Source: Candidatus Poribacteria bacterium (GTDB taxonomy: Bacteria > Poribacteria > WGA-4E > WGA-3G). Taken from it: a DNA stretch of 64,000 bases. The DNA is taken from positions 1,568,001-1,632,000 of the forward strand of contig OZ243938.1 of NCBI GenBank assembly GCA_965214095.1, in the 5' to 3' direction. Position 1 is the stretch's first letter, and each line of letters begins with the position of its first letter. The translations under genes and the position numbers were made by a program. Under the pieces are notes generated by a model. The model saw nothing but the letters and a program-made list of their open reading frames with translations. It did no database searches and had not been told where the DNA came from. Shown piece after piece: positions 50,084 through 60,244 of the stretch.

Positions 50084-50857
50084 ATGTTAACTGTTTGTTA
50101 TGACCCTTATTCTGGCACATTAGGGAGATTTACTCGTGCTGAAATTTTCGACCTTGTCTCCGATGCTGGCTATGAAGGTATTAATATACCTGTGAATTCA
50201 GCGTTTCTCGGTGAACTTTCGGCATCTGAGATTGAGGATGCTGTAAGTCTTGCTGAAAAGCACAATCTGGTTGCACCGACGATTGGCTTTGGAAATCATA
50301 TTTTAACGACACCTACTCGAAAAGATGAAGCGTTACAGCACTTTGAGATCGTGCTTGAAGTTGCAAAGCAATTTGAAGCAGGTTTTATCGGTGTTTGGGT
50401 AAATCCATCTGCTGATGTTTCACGGCAGGATTCGTTGGATTCACTTGCAGATAACTTGACTCAGATGGTACCTGCATGTGAGGAACATGAAATTAAGATC
50501 GCGCTTGAATTTGAAAAAGGGTGTCCACTTGATAACTATCGGGAAGGTGTTGCATTTATCTCTGATACAGGATTGCCTGTATATCTGACCTGCGACACTT
50601 ATCATTTATTTAATGACAGTGCGGAACCCCATGCTGCAGCATTGGCAATGCAAACGTGTTTAGGTGATGTGCACATGTCTGGGAGCAATCGGGGTGAACC
50701 AGGTGGCGGTGTGTTTGATTTTGAGACATTTGCTAAGGGGTTGAAGGAGATTAATTTCTCAGGCCCGCTGGTAGTTCAGTATAAGATGGAAGATGTTGCG
50801 AGTATTAAACGGAGTTGTGATTTTACTCGGAAGTTTAGAGAGATGGTGCAGTCTTGA
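50084..50857 (+). CDS. sugar phosphate isomerase/epimerase (xylose isomerase-like TIM barrel)
   Basis: IALE, DTYH, DVHMSGSNRGEPGGG.FDF motifs. Confidence 0.85.
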   Translation: MLTVCYDPYSGTLGRFTRAEIFDLVSDAGYEGINIPVNSAFLGELSASEIEDAVSLAEKHNLVAPTIGFGNHILTTPTRKDEALQHFEIVLEVAKQFEAGFIGVWVNPSADVSRQDSLDSLADNLTQMVPACEEHEIKIALEFEKGCPLDNYREGVAFISDTGLPVYLTCDTYHLFNDSAEPHAAALAMQTCLGDVHMSGSNRGEPGGGVFDFETFAKGLKEINFSGPLVVQYKMEDVASIKRSCDFTRKFREMVQS

Positions 50858-50990
50858 GATAATGCCAATTCTATAAATAATATTCCTTTTGAAATAGAAT
50901 GTAAGAGGTATGGTTAGTAAACCGCACCTACTGGATCAATGAGAGATATTTTGGGTAAAATGGAGTTCATATACCTATTGTCAACTCACG

Positions 50991-52685
50991 TTACGGATCA
51001 GGGATTAATGGTTTTATATTGTTCTTTCCCGCTTCATATAGGTAAGCATCTCTGCCATTAAAATATGTCTTATAGACACTTTGCCAATCGCTGTTTGTTA
51101 ACCCCCATCTGGGAGCAGGACCAAGTTTAAAATAGATAATATTCGCTTCGTCAAGACTTTCAAATGGATAGTCCCCTACTGGTGCATCGCGTGTGTTGGG
51201 GACAAAAATGACAGCGTCGTGAACATCAAATTTCTTTACCAACGGTGGCAATTTCTGATAAACTGCACTCCAATTCTGATACACTTTCCCAATCCACACA
51301 TAACTCCATACAGTATTTACGCTGAGCAACAACAGACAAATTCCTGCTGCATAGGTAAGTTTATTAACCCATATCGGTTTTTTGAGTTGCTGATAGAGAA
51401 GATACATACCACGTGCTGTTAATGGAATGAATCCGAGGAAAATTGCTTCTGTGTAGTACCTGGCATTTACAGGTGTAAATCCCCATGTCGATCCTTCGAA
51501 ATAAAAGAATGCATAGAGTATCAAACTTCCCACAATAAAAGCCATACATAACACATCATATCTGTTTCGTGAGGAATGGAAAAATGGTATGAGTGCGAGG
51601 CACCATGGTATTAACAAGGGTAGAAAATGAAGGAAAAACTTGGGAGTTAGCTTCGGTTCAATTAGGAGTCTTGGTTTATAGTTGCCCCATCCAAGTGCGT
51701 TAAAACTGATGCACGGGAGAATGTGTTGCCATGTTCTTGTGACTGACCATTGCGGTTTGAATTCCCATCCACTATCAGGGTCAACATAATACCCTTCACC
51801 GCGTTTTCCAAAACCCACTTTATCTTTAGGTTGTGCGGCGGTGTGGGTGAAAGTGAACGGGTTTCCCGTAAAATGATTATTCCACGCCATACATACAAGT
51901 ATCATGAACGTAAAGGGTATTAAGAAAATCCCTAACCGAGTCATCAGTTGTTTCTGTGTAGGATTGTTTGTCTGACTCTGCTCATCTGTTTCGGTGGAAT
52001 CGTGCACAACTGTTGGTTTATAGAGGTGATAGAGTGCGAATCCTGCTCCGACAACACCGAAAACTATGGCGGAGAGTGGACGTGTATTGAAAGCATACCC
52101 TAAAGCGACTCCAGAGAGAATCGGATAAATTACATGTCGTTTCCCATTAAGGATTCGGACAAGCGTGAATAGAAAGAGAGTAAGGTAAAATCTGCTTACC
52201 GGTTCGCTGAACCATGTTGATCCCATTCCTGCCGTTGCGGGAGAGATCAGTGCAATAACCGCTGCTATAAGTGCAATAGGTTTACCATAAGTGTCTTTGA
52301 TTAAAAGGAACAGTAGAAATATTGCACCACCAGTTGCAAGTGCAGGGATAAGCCATGGCGCGTTGAAGAATACACCAAACATTAGCATGAGTGCATTTCC
52401 AAATGGATATTTGGAATACCATTTACCATTGAGCATGTTGATGTGTGGTGAAGGAGAGAGTCCATATTCCGGCATCGGTTTGCCGTTTGGGTCTTGGACA
52501 GGTGTTCCATCGGATGTTTGGATAGGCGTTGGTATAGATATTTTGCCTTGTGCGAACAACTTCGCTTGGAATAGATATGAAGCGGTATCGGGTTCAAAAT
52601 AAGAGAAGTTGAGGTATATACCGCTTAGGATAATGGAAAGTATGACACCGAGTATGGAGATTATGAGGATTGGTTTGTTTTTCAT
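50991..52685 (-). CDS. polytopic membrane glycosyltransferase-like protein (GT-C/ArnT-PMT-like)
   Basis: PDTASYLFQAK, YSKYPFG, SEP, many TM segments, RY motif late in the sequence. Confidence 0.65.
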   Translation of the reverse strand: MKNKPILIISILGVILSIILSGIYLNFSYFEPDTASYLFQAKLFAQGKISIPTPIQTSDGTPVQDPNGKPMPEYGLSPSPHINMLNGKWYSKYPFGNALMLMFGVFFNAPWLIPALATGGAIFLLFLLIKDTYGKPIALIAAVIALISPATAGMGSTWFSEPVSRFYLTLFLFTLVRILNGKRHVIYPILSGVALGYAFNTRPLSAIVFGVVGAGFALYHLYKPTVVHDSTETDEQSQTNNPTQKQLMTRLGIFLIPFTFMILVCMAWNNHFTGNPFTFTHTAAQPKDKVGFGKRGEGYYVDPDSGWEFKPQWSVTRTWQHILPCISFNALGWGNYKPRLLIEPKLTPKFFLHFLPLLIPWCLALIPFFHSSRNRYDVLCMAFIVGSLILYAFFYFEGSTWGFTPVNARYYTEAIFLGFIPLTARGMYLLYQQLKKPIWVNKLTYAAGICLLLLSVNTVWSYVWIGKVYQNWSAVYQKLPPLVKKFDVHDAVIFVPNTRDAPVGDYPFESLDEANIIYFKLGPAPRWGLTNSDWQSVYKTYFNGRDAYLYEAGKNNIKPLIPDP

Positions 52686-52736
52686 TTCTTCATTTATGTT
52701 ACAATGGTTTGAAATCGCCTAATTTCAGTATTTCAG

Positions 52737-52764
52737 TTGACATGCTCATTAAATATGCTACAAT
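52737..52764 (+). promoter_or_regulatory. putative sigma70 promoter for the DUF5069 gene
   Basis: TTGACA, 16-nt spacer ending in TGn, TACAAT. Confidence 0.45.
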
Positions 52765-52812
52765 AGTATAGTAGATATATTACCACATTTTCAAATTGAA
52801 AGGAAACGAAAA

Positions 52813-54096
52813 ATGGATTTAACACGTCAACCACCGCGCCGTCCATCCAACTTAGGCGTTGCGGGTATTGTAGGTGCAGCACGTATGACTGACAAGGCTC
52901 GTGCTCATAACATGGAGATGCTCGGGGATTTTGTATATGGAAGGTATTCAGGTTTAGATCGTCGTATATTGGAGTTCTTGGGTATTTCTGCGGACGATTT
53001 TGCTGAAGCTGCAGATGAATATGACGATGCTGCGCTCAGTACTTGGATGCTGGAAAAGGGAAATAAAACAGAAGATGAGATTTCGGCATTTAATCAATCG
53101 GAGTTAGAACGATTGCCTGCCGATAAAAAACATAAGCAGTTGCTTGAAGAAAGATTAGCTAAATATGCTCCTGATAGAACAGATATTAAGACTGTCCTGC
53201 AGTCTATTGAACTTGACGATTGGGGTTGTTTCTGGCAGGTAGACCTTACGGTTCGTCCACCACGCAGTGCGCGTGCGAGAGATATTGCCGGTATTTGTGG
53301 TGTTGCGCGTATGGCAGATAAAGCACGTGCAGAACTCTCAGGGAAAATCGATGACTATAAATACGGTGATATTTCTGGACAGGATGTTCGGATTTTGGCG
53401 TTTCTTGAGGTCTCAGCAGATGATTTTCAGGAGGCAGCTGTTGCCAATCCGAACGATATTGAACTCGGTGAGTGGGTGCAGGAAAACTGCAATAAATCAC
53501 AAGAGGAAATTGATACCTACAATCAGGCAATGGTCAATCGGGGTCCGGACGAAACGACCCGTGAACGATTTGAAGCGCGTCGTCAAGAAGTGGATGCAAG
53601 TCGCACGGACATCACAACGTGGGTTGCACTGCAAGATTTGGATGACGAGTTGAGTTTCGGTATCGTTGACCTCAATCGGCGCGCGCCTCGTAGTCCTTAC
53701 AATACGGATGTTTACGGTATGGTGCATCTCGCTCGGTTGATTGATAAGGGAAGAGCATTTAATGGTAATACATTGGGTGAATATTTCTATGCAGAGGATT
53801 CGGGAATGGACAGAATGGCACTCGGTTTTCTCGGTGTATCTGCTGAGGAATTTACTGGTGCACTCAAAGAATATTCTACCGATGCTGAGATTGAGTCATG
53901 GCTGAAGGAGAACTATGCCAAAAGTGAATCAGAGATCAAAACGTTTAATGAAAAGATAACGAATATGGGTCCCCAAAATGAGCGGTATCAAGCCATGATG
54001 GACCGTATGCTCAAAAAACTGGGTGCTGAAGATTCGGATATTAGCACTTGGTTTGCAATGATGGACCTTGATGATGAGAAGACGTTTGCGTTGTAG
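52813..54096 (+). CDS. DUF5069 domain protein, three tandem domains
   Basis: DL...PPR....G....ARM.DKARA.....G...Y....G.D...L.FL occurs three times, each repeat ending LDD. Confidence 0.8.
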   Translation: MDLTRQPPRRPSNLGVAGIVGAARMTDKARAHNMEMLGDFVYGRYSGLDRRILEFLGISADDFAEAADEYDDAALSTWMLEKGNKTEDEISAFNQSELERLPADKKHKQLLEERLAKYAPDRTDIKTVLQSIELDDWGCFWQVDLTVRPPRSARARDIAGICGVARMADKARAELSGKIDDYKYGDISGQDVRILAFLEVSADDFQEAAVANPNDIELGEWVQENCNKSQEEIDTYNQAMVNRGPDETTRERFEARRQEVDASRTDITTWVALQDLDDELSFGIVDLNRRAPRSPYNTDVYGMVHLARLIDKGRAFNGNTLGEYFYAEDSGMDRMALGFLGVSAEEFTGALKEYSTDAEIESWLKENYAKSESEIKTFNEKITNMGPQNERYQAMMDRMLKKLGAEDSDISTWFAMMDLDDEKTFAL

Positions 54097-54139
54097 TCGT
54101 TGAACAATTTGTTTGTTTTGCATGATGACTTAAAAGGTA

Positions 54140-54370
54140 ATTATGTGGGAATCTATTTCTCAGTGATGAAATGATAGATGATGGAATTACTTACTTTGAT
54201 GTGGAAAATGCTTTACTTACTGGTAGAATTGTGGGAAGACAGAAATATCGACAAACAGATGAATGGAAATATGTCGTTGAAGGCAGAACGCATGGTTCTG
54301 AGATAGCGGTTGTCGTGTCAAGGTTCACTTCCAGTAGAAATTAGTTATCATTACCGTTTATGTAAAATAA
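54140..54370 (+). pseudogene. DUF4258 (BrnT/RelE-like toxin) pseudogene
   Basis: DEMIDDGITYFDVENALLTGRIVGRQK...EWKYVVEG; the terminal KLVIITVYVK* lies in another frame; N-terminus degraded. Confidence 0.65.
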
Positions 54371-54389
54371 ACCTATAAGGAGTTAAACT

Positions 54390-54617
54390 ATGATTTGTGA
54401 TGTGTGCGGAAAAGATGGGGCGCGCCAACGTCATCTGACTCGTAGTTATGGGAAAGGGGTATCGCTTTTGATTATTGAAGATGTACCTGTCATTTGTTGT
54501 CCTCATTGCGGTGAGAGATACATGACTGCACAAACATTGGAACAGCTTGAATGCATTAAAAGGTCCCCTGGGAATCTCGCGACAATACGCTCTGTACCGG
54601 TTGCAGTTTTCAAATAA
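54390..54617 (+). CDS. YgiT-type zinc finger / MqsA-like antitoxin
   Basis: CDVC...IIEDVPVICCPHCGERY; AAGGAG RBS. Confidence 0.85.
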   Translation: MICDVCGKDGARQRHLTRSYGKGVSLLIIEDVPVICCPHCGERYMTAQTLEQLECIKRSPGNLATIRSVPVAVFK

Positions 54618-54767
54618 CGCATGTCCATACTGGAGCATAAGCATTGAAAAACCTTGAAGCGATTGCAGATGTTGAGTCCGGTATGAGGACAGATGCGAAT
54701 GCCGAGTAGTGGGGTTTGATCCTGAAGATGCCACGGAAAATTATCAACATTTCTCAATAAGAAACAA

Positions 54768-55211
54768 TTGCAAAACAAAACCACATTGATAAATGGAGAA
54801 AAGATTTTGTATCTATATCATGGCAGCAAGCAATCTTTTCCAAAATTGAGAAAACGTAAGGCAAATGCCCCACCAGGAAGACCTGCGGAAGAAGCTTTAG
54901 AAGCGATTTATCTCACTCCAGACTTTCTTTTCGCATTAGCATGTGCAGCAAGACCACCCGGAGTTTCAAATATCGATCTGACAGAACGAACCATCTGCTT
55001 TGAAAATCCGGATCAGTTTGAGCCAAACGAGACAATTTACATCTATTTTGTAGATCCTACGAACATTTCAGAGGATAAGAAAATCTATATCGACCCGTGG
55101 CAGGTTGCTGTCACTGAGGATGAGATAACACCAGATAAGGTTGAAACCTATAAATCTGGCGATTTGCTGAAACACTACCGTGTGATTGATTCTTTGGATA
55201 AAACAGTTTGA
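54768..55211 (+). CDS. hypothetical protein, possible ADP-ribosyltransferase-like fold
   Basis: YLYHGS...AIYLTPD..FA. Confidence 0.45.
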   Translation: MQNKTTLINGEKILYLYHGSKQSFPKLRKRKANAPPGRPAEEALEAIYLTPDFLFALACAARPPGVSNIDLTERTICFENPDQFEPNETIYIYFVDPTNISEDKKIYIDPWQVAVTEDEITPDKVETYKSGDLLKHYRVIDSLDKTV

Positions 55212-55291
55212 AGACAAGGGAGGACGAAGAATTGTCTCACAAGAACTAACAATTAGCAGGTAACAAGAACATATAAGGAATATATGTCTTT

Positions 55292-55481
55292 GAAGGGTGT
55301 GCATACTGTTTGGCTCTTTAACATAGGTAGGAACAGACTTCAGAGGCCGCTTGATTTATAGAAATCCCGTTTGTAGTAGCACAATTTATTCTGCATCTTT
55401 GAACTTGCTGACGGCACGTTGTGTGTCCAGACTACCTTTAATCGCATATTTTTAAATCGGAATTATTTATGCACATCCCTC
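55292..55481. mobile_element. MITE copy A (IS256-like ends)
   Basis: TIR GAAGGGTGTGCATA / TATGCACATCCCTC; ~190-bp direct-repeat partner at 58387-58575. Confidence 0.75.
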
Positions 55482-55794
55482 AGTATAATTAACATATAAT
55501 AAAAGTATTTGTCAATATCGCAGAGGAAAATAATATTAATTAAACCTGTTGGAAACCTATTAGACCAGTCACAGAAAGGATTAAAGGGAAACGTGTTGTA
55601 AAAAAAGCAGGTGTCCCTCTAAAGAAAGGCGTTTAAGAGACCCCTTCCCCTAAACTTTGGTGCAGTTTAAATGGTACACCAAAATTTACTATATCAAAAT
55701 GAATAGCGTCCTTATGAGTTTACAATTCACGCTAAGGAAATAACGATTTAATATCTCTTGCTGCGTAGCATCTGTAGAAAAGGAGATTCGCGAT

Positions 55795-57411
55795 ATGTTT
55801 TTTGTAAGAATATTTCGGTTTATTACATTTATTTGTGTTTGTTTTACTTTATATATACCAAATTTATATTCACTTGAACCTTATACTGTGCGAACTGTCT
55901 ATTTCATGCCGACAGATAGTATTGACAGATCTGATTGGTTGGATTTAGATAATATTATGAAAAATAATCAGGAAGTCTATGAAAGCGAAATGGAACGTCA
56001 TGGATTTCTTGGCAAGACTTTTAGATTAGAAACCGATAAACAGGGACAGGTTATCGTGCATAAAATCAAAGGAAGGCATAACAAAGTACACTACAGTGGC
56101 GATACCTATGCTTTAGTCACACAAGAATTACAAGTCCGATTCAATGACAAGAAAAATATATATGCTATTGTCGTAGCGGGTATGCCAGGCCTCCAGTGGG
56201 GACAAGCAGGAGGGGTAGCAAGTGCAAGCCCTGGTGGATGGTGGAATAAAGGAGAAGATCACGCTTTTATCGTTAGCGGAGAAACTACATTAGCGAACAC
56301 AGAACAGGTAATCTTGCATGAGTTGGGACATGCCTTCGGTCTATGGCATATAGTCTTATACGATCCACAGGAATTTATATTAGGCAGTGGCAAAAAATTA
56401 TCCTTGCACGAAGCAAGATGGTTATCCAAATCTTACTATTTCAACGATGTGTGGATATTTGGTTTTGCACCAAGTATAGTAAATTTTCATGGAACTGAAG
56501 CATTCGGTAACGATATACGTTTCCGTGTTGATGTTACAGACCAAAACGGGTTACATCAGGCTTATGCTATGCTTAATACAAACATCGTCGGTTGGGATTT
56601 TCTAAATGGAAACGATGACACGGCAACTTTTGATGTAGAACGCAGGTTCGTTGAAAATGATACAGAACTTTGGATACAACTTATGGATAATGACGGTAAT
56701 TGGTTATGGTATCGTATAAATTACGTATTGCCCGAGCAACCTACAGCCGAAAACGATGGCATACAGAAATACCTAACGATAAGAGACAGGCGAATTCATT
56801 CCCTCGTGCCTATAAACAATGAAAACGAATGGTGTGGATGGGAAAACGCAGGCATTTTTGAAAAGCAGCCGAATAGACATAGACCACAATTACCGAATTG
56901 GTATATTGATGTGCCAAAGCTAAATGAATGGGATAGTTGGTTCTATTCACACGCGAAAAGTCGTTTTGTCTACGATGTGAGTAATGGCGGGTATAACAGA
57001 TTTGAATCACTTCTTTACATGCCGAATCCGTGCAATGGAACAGCAGATATAGAAATAATATGTTTAGCAGATGACGTTCAAGTATACCATTCTGATGTAT
57101 TGCGTCCTCCCGCTGCGCAAAACAAGCGGATTCTCGTAGACTTCCCAAGTGACACAAAAACATTCACGATAGAAGTAACGGATGCCAAAGATGGTATCGC
57201 TTGTGACCATTTTGTTTTGGGAAACGCACGTGTGTTTATTTCTGAGCCTGCTGATATTGATGACGACGTGGTTGAAAATGAAGTGGAAGACAACGAAGTT
57301 TGTGTAAACTGTATGGAAAATATAGACAAAGACACAATAGAAGAAGATTTATCAGTAAGTTTTCAGAATAAACTCACAACCCGCTGGGCAACAATCAAAG
57401 AGCGAAGATAA
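55795..57411 (+). CDS. secreted zinc metallopeptidase (metzincin motif) with NPCBM-like C-terminal domain and RWATIK tail
   Basis: Signal peptide; HELGHAFGLWH (HExxHxxGxxH); SHAKSRFVYD...F...EVTDAKDGIACDHFVLGNAR. Confidence 0.75.
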   Translation: MFFVRIFRFITFICVCFTLYIPNLYSLEPYTVRTVYFMPTDSIDRSDWLDLDNIMKNNQEVYESEMERHGFLGKTFRLETDKQGQVIVHKIKGRHNKVHYSGDTYALVTQELQVRFNDKKNIYAIVVAGMPGLQWGQAGGVASASPGGWWNKGEDHAFIVSGETTLANTEQVILHELGHAFGLWHIVLYDPQEFILGSGKKLSLHEARWLSKSYYFNDVWIFGFAPSIVNFHGTEAFGNDIRFRVDVTDQNGLHQAYAMLNTNIVGWDFLNGNDDTATFDVERRFVENDTELWIQLMDNDGNWLWYRINYVLPEQPTAENDGIQKYLTIRDRRIHSLVPINNENEWCGWENAGIFEKQPNRHRPQLPNWYIDVPKLNEWDSWFYSHAKSRFVYDVSNGGYNRFESLLYMPNPCNGTADIEIICLADDVQVYHSDVLRPPAAQNKRILVDFPSDTKTFTIEVTDAKDGIACDHFVLGNARVFISEPADIDDDVVENEVEDNEVCVNCMENIDKDTIEEDLSVSFQNKLTTRWATIKERR

Positions 57412-57517
57412 CCAAACTGCTACAACGACGACAGCAACCACAGTAGAGTCAATCTGTGAACGGATGCTATTGATGAGAGAGCAACTCCAAAAGCACTTTT
57501 AGAAAAAGCACTCTATT

Positions 57518-57724
57518 TTGGACACAGGACGACAGATGCACAAGCAAATCAGAGAACAGACTGATAAACTCACGATACTTTTAAATGAAATTGATAACTT
57601 ACAAGACGATCAGCCTATCAAAATGAACAAGGCAGAGATGCGGATGGTAAAGACAGTTGCCAAGATTGCCAAACTCACAAAAGCACTTTTGAACCCGACG
57701 ACAAGGAAAACATATCATGACTGA
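57518..57724 (+). CDS. small hypothetical protein
   Basis: Short ORF only; start uncertain. Confidence 0.25.
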   Translation: MDTGRQMHKQIREQTDKLTILLNEIDNLQDDQPIKMNKAEMRMVKTVAKIAKLTKALLNPTTRKTYHD

Positions 57725-57869
57725 TAAACGCAGAAGGTATATCTACAGATCAGAGAGTATAACATCAAACTAACAGATGCACTCGATACGATTGAAAACA
57801 TACCACCAGAGAACAGCGATGAAAAAGTTTCAGACTAGGCAAGCATCTACCTATTGTACAGGAGTCCTT

Positions 57870-58388
57870 ATGAAAAAATTTTACTTTTTGTCATTAATTA
57901 CGTTTTTCATATTCATTTTTACAGGGAAAGCACCTGAAAGCCAAGATATTCCAAACAAAATTACGGTCGGAGTTGCAGTAGACTGTAAAGACAAAAGTGC
58001 TAAAAATCTTATTGAAAACAACATCAAGAAAGAACTTAGACAATTGCGGGATGTCGTAATCATTGAGCCCGAAAAAAAAGTCTCTAACTACATAATTTTT
58101 TCATCTGTAGTTGAGCATAGAGATACATTTGGACGTAAAAATGGTGGCATATCGCTTGTATCGCATAGCCTTGAACCTATATCTTTATATAGTAGACTAA
58201 AACCTCATTTATCACGTGAAAAACATAAGGAACTCTTCATAGAAACTGGAGAACTTCCAATCTATATTCAAAGGTATATTGCAACTTATATTGTAACAGG
58301 TGAGATTACAGAACTAAATAATCATTGTAAAATGGTTGTAGATAATTTTGAAACAAACGTTTTAGAAAAAACACGCAAAATAGAATGA
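57870..58388 (+). CDS. hypothetical exported protein
   Basis: AGGAG RBS, MKK plus hydrophobic stretch; the stop codon overlaps the MITE B terminus. Confidence 0.55.
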   Translation: MKKFYFLSLITFFIFIFTGKAPESQDIPNKITVGVAVDCKDKSAKNLIENNIKKELRQLRDVVIIEPEKKVSNYIIFSSVVEHRDTFGRKNGGISLVSHSLEPISLYSRLKPHLSREKHKELFIETGELPIYIQRYIATYIVTGEITELNNHCKMVVDNFETNVLEKTRKIE

Positions 58389-58575
58389 AGGGTGTGCCTA
58401 AATATTTGGCTCTTTAACACAGGTAGGAACAGACTTCAGAGACCGCTTGATATACAGAAATGCTGTTTCTAGTAGCACAATTCATTGTGCGTCTTTGAAC
58501 ATTCTGAAAGCACGTTGTGTGTCCAAACGACCATTAATCGCACATTTAAATCGGAATTATTTATGCAAACCCCTC
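58387..58575. mobile_element. MITE copy B (IS256-like ends)
   Basis: TIR GAAGGGTGTGCCTAAAT / ATTTATGCAAACCCCTC; homologous to 55292-55481. Confidence 0.75.
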
Positions 58576-58611
58576 ATGTCTTTAAGGTTATACAAGAAAG
58601 GAAAATAAAAA

Positions 58612-59583
58612 ATGTATATTGGAACATACAACGCTATTTATAAAGTGAAAGAGAATGGGAACGATGAACCCATAAAGGTCTTTGAAGGTACAGACCACCA
58701 AGATCTTGATAGAAGAGGTCCTTATTGTGCAATGGTTTCTCTGTCAGATGGTCAAGCGGCAGCATGTGCCCTGTCGGATGGAACACTTCTGGTTTTATCG
58801 GAAGATGGTGAGCGGCGAATTCCAACAGGTATAGAAGATCCAATCGCTTCGTTACTTGTTGTTCGTGAGGATCCGTTGACAATGCTCATTGGAACGGATG
58901 AAGGTGCCTATGTGTATCGTCTCGTCGGAGAAGAAGGACCAGCAGAAAGGGTTGTTTCGTTTGACGAATTAGAATGTCGGGAAGATTGGTATACACCTTG
59001 GGGCGGTCCACCAGCGGTGCGGACTCTTGCTAAAACCAAAGACGGTTATTGTTATGCTGACATTCATGTTGGAAGTATCATGCGTTCATCTGATGAAGGG
59101 AATTCATGGGAACCTGTGACACCAGAACTCAATAAAGATGTCCATCAAGTGGTTACGTGTGCGGCGGACGATAATTATGTTTATGCAAACACTGCTAATG
59201 GTGTGTATGTCAGTACAGACCGTGGAGACTCTTGGGTGAACCGTCTTGATGGTTTGCCGGTTCGGTACGGCACGGCTATTGCAGTAGATCCATCAGAACC
59301 CGACTTGATGATCGCTTCAGTTCAAAACGGACCGAGAGGCGGTGGTGCTTGGCTTTGTCGTTCAGAGAATGGTGGGAAGACTTGGTCTGAACTCAACGAT
59401 CACCTCACGGAATCCACTGATCGTATTAGAACGGGTGGAATTGCCTTCACATCCAACGGAACAGCGTGGGCAGTTATCGGAAAGACGTTATACATCGGTC
59501 AGGAACGAGCCACTGATTGGCATCCTTTCTGGACAGCACCCGACCAAGACAATGAGTACCCTATACAGACTTTAGCTGCCTAA
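58612..59583 (+). CDS. BNR/Asp-box beta-propeller protein
   Basis: Asp-boxes RSSDEGNSW, VSTDRGDSW, RSENGGKTW. Confidence 0.8.
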   Translation: MYIGTYNAIYKVKENGNDEPIKVFEGTDHQDLDRRGPYCAMVSLSDGQAAACALSDGTLLVLSEDGERRIPTGIEDPIASLLVVREDPLTMLIGTDEGAYVYRLVGEEGPAERVVSFDELECREDWYTPWGGPPAVRTLAKTKDGYCYADIHVGSIMRSSDEGNSWEPVTPELNKDVHQVVTCAADDNYVYANTANGVYVSTDRGDSWVNRLDGLPVRYGTAIAVDPSEPDLMIASVQNGPRGGGAWLCRSENGGKTWSELNDHLTESTDRIRTGGIAFTSNGTAWAVIGKTLYIGQERATDWHPFWTAPDQDNEYPIQTLAA

Positions 59584-59607
59584 TATTTTTATTTGTAGGT
59601 TGAAAAA

Positions 59608-59973
59608 ATGAATGTCTTAGGAATTGACTTTACTTTCTTTGCTGTAAACGATATGGAGAAATCTATTACCTTTTACCGTGATGTACTTGGTATCCCACTT
59701 GCGGGACTGGCACATGAAGGTAAATGGGCAGAATTTCAAATTAATCCAGGAACGTTGGCGTTAGGAGAAGGTGATTTCTTTACGGAACCCGGTGGCGGAA
59801 TGGTAGCACTTGCTGTTGAGGACGCGAAAGCTGCCGTTGAAGAATTAGAACAAACTGGAATCGAGGTCATTTCACCGTTAGGGGAATCCGACGTATGTTA
59901 TTGGGCAGTTGTCGCCGATCCTGATGGGAATCGTGTCATCATTCATCAGCGAAAGGACAAAACTGTTGGTTGA
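59608..59973 (+). CDS. VOC (glyoxalase/bleomycin resistance) family protein
   Basis: VNDMEKSITFYRDVLG...DPDGN. Confidence 0.9.
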   Translation: MNVLGIDFTFFAVNDMEKSITFYRDVLGIPLAGLAHEGKWAEFQINPGTLALGEGDFFTEPGGGMVALAVEDAKAAVEELEQTGIEVISPLGESDVCYWAVVADPDGNRVIIHQRKDKTVG

Positions 59974-60027
59974 GCAGTTGGTTAGGATTAGTATATATTG
60001 TGTCTATTATACTTGTTGCATTATATT

Positions 60028-60164
60028 TATAGTAAAATTTACAATTAATGAAACATATTGTCCCAATTGCCTATTCATAGAATGTCCGAGGCGCAATGAA
60101 TTGCGCGACTACGAAAGAGTTTTTCTAAATGTAAAGTGTATTGTTAATTTCAAATTTCACTATA
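60028..60164. mobile_element. MITE with TA-bounded ends and central REP hairpin
   Basis: TATAGTAAAATTTACAATTAA / TTAATTTCAAATTTCACTATA; internal GAGGCGCAATGAATTGCGCGACTAC. Confidence 0.65.
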
Positions 60165-60244
60165 AATCTCCAACAGAACGGATGTATATAAATGTAGAGA
60201 TATTATAATTCAGTTGATTCTATTCCAATGGAAAGGTTGAAAGC

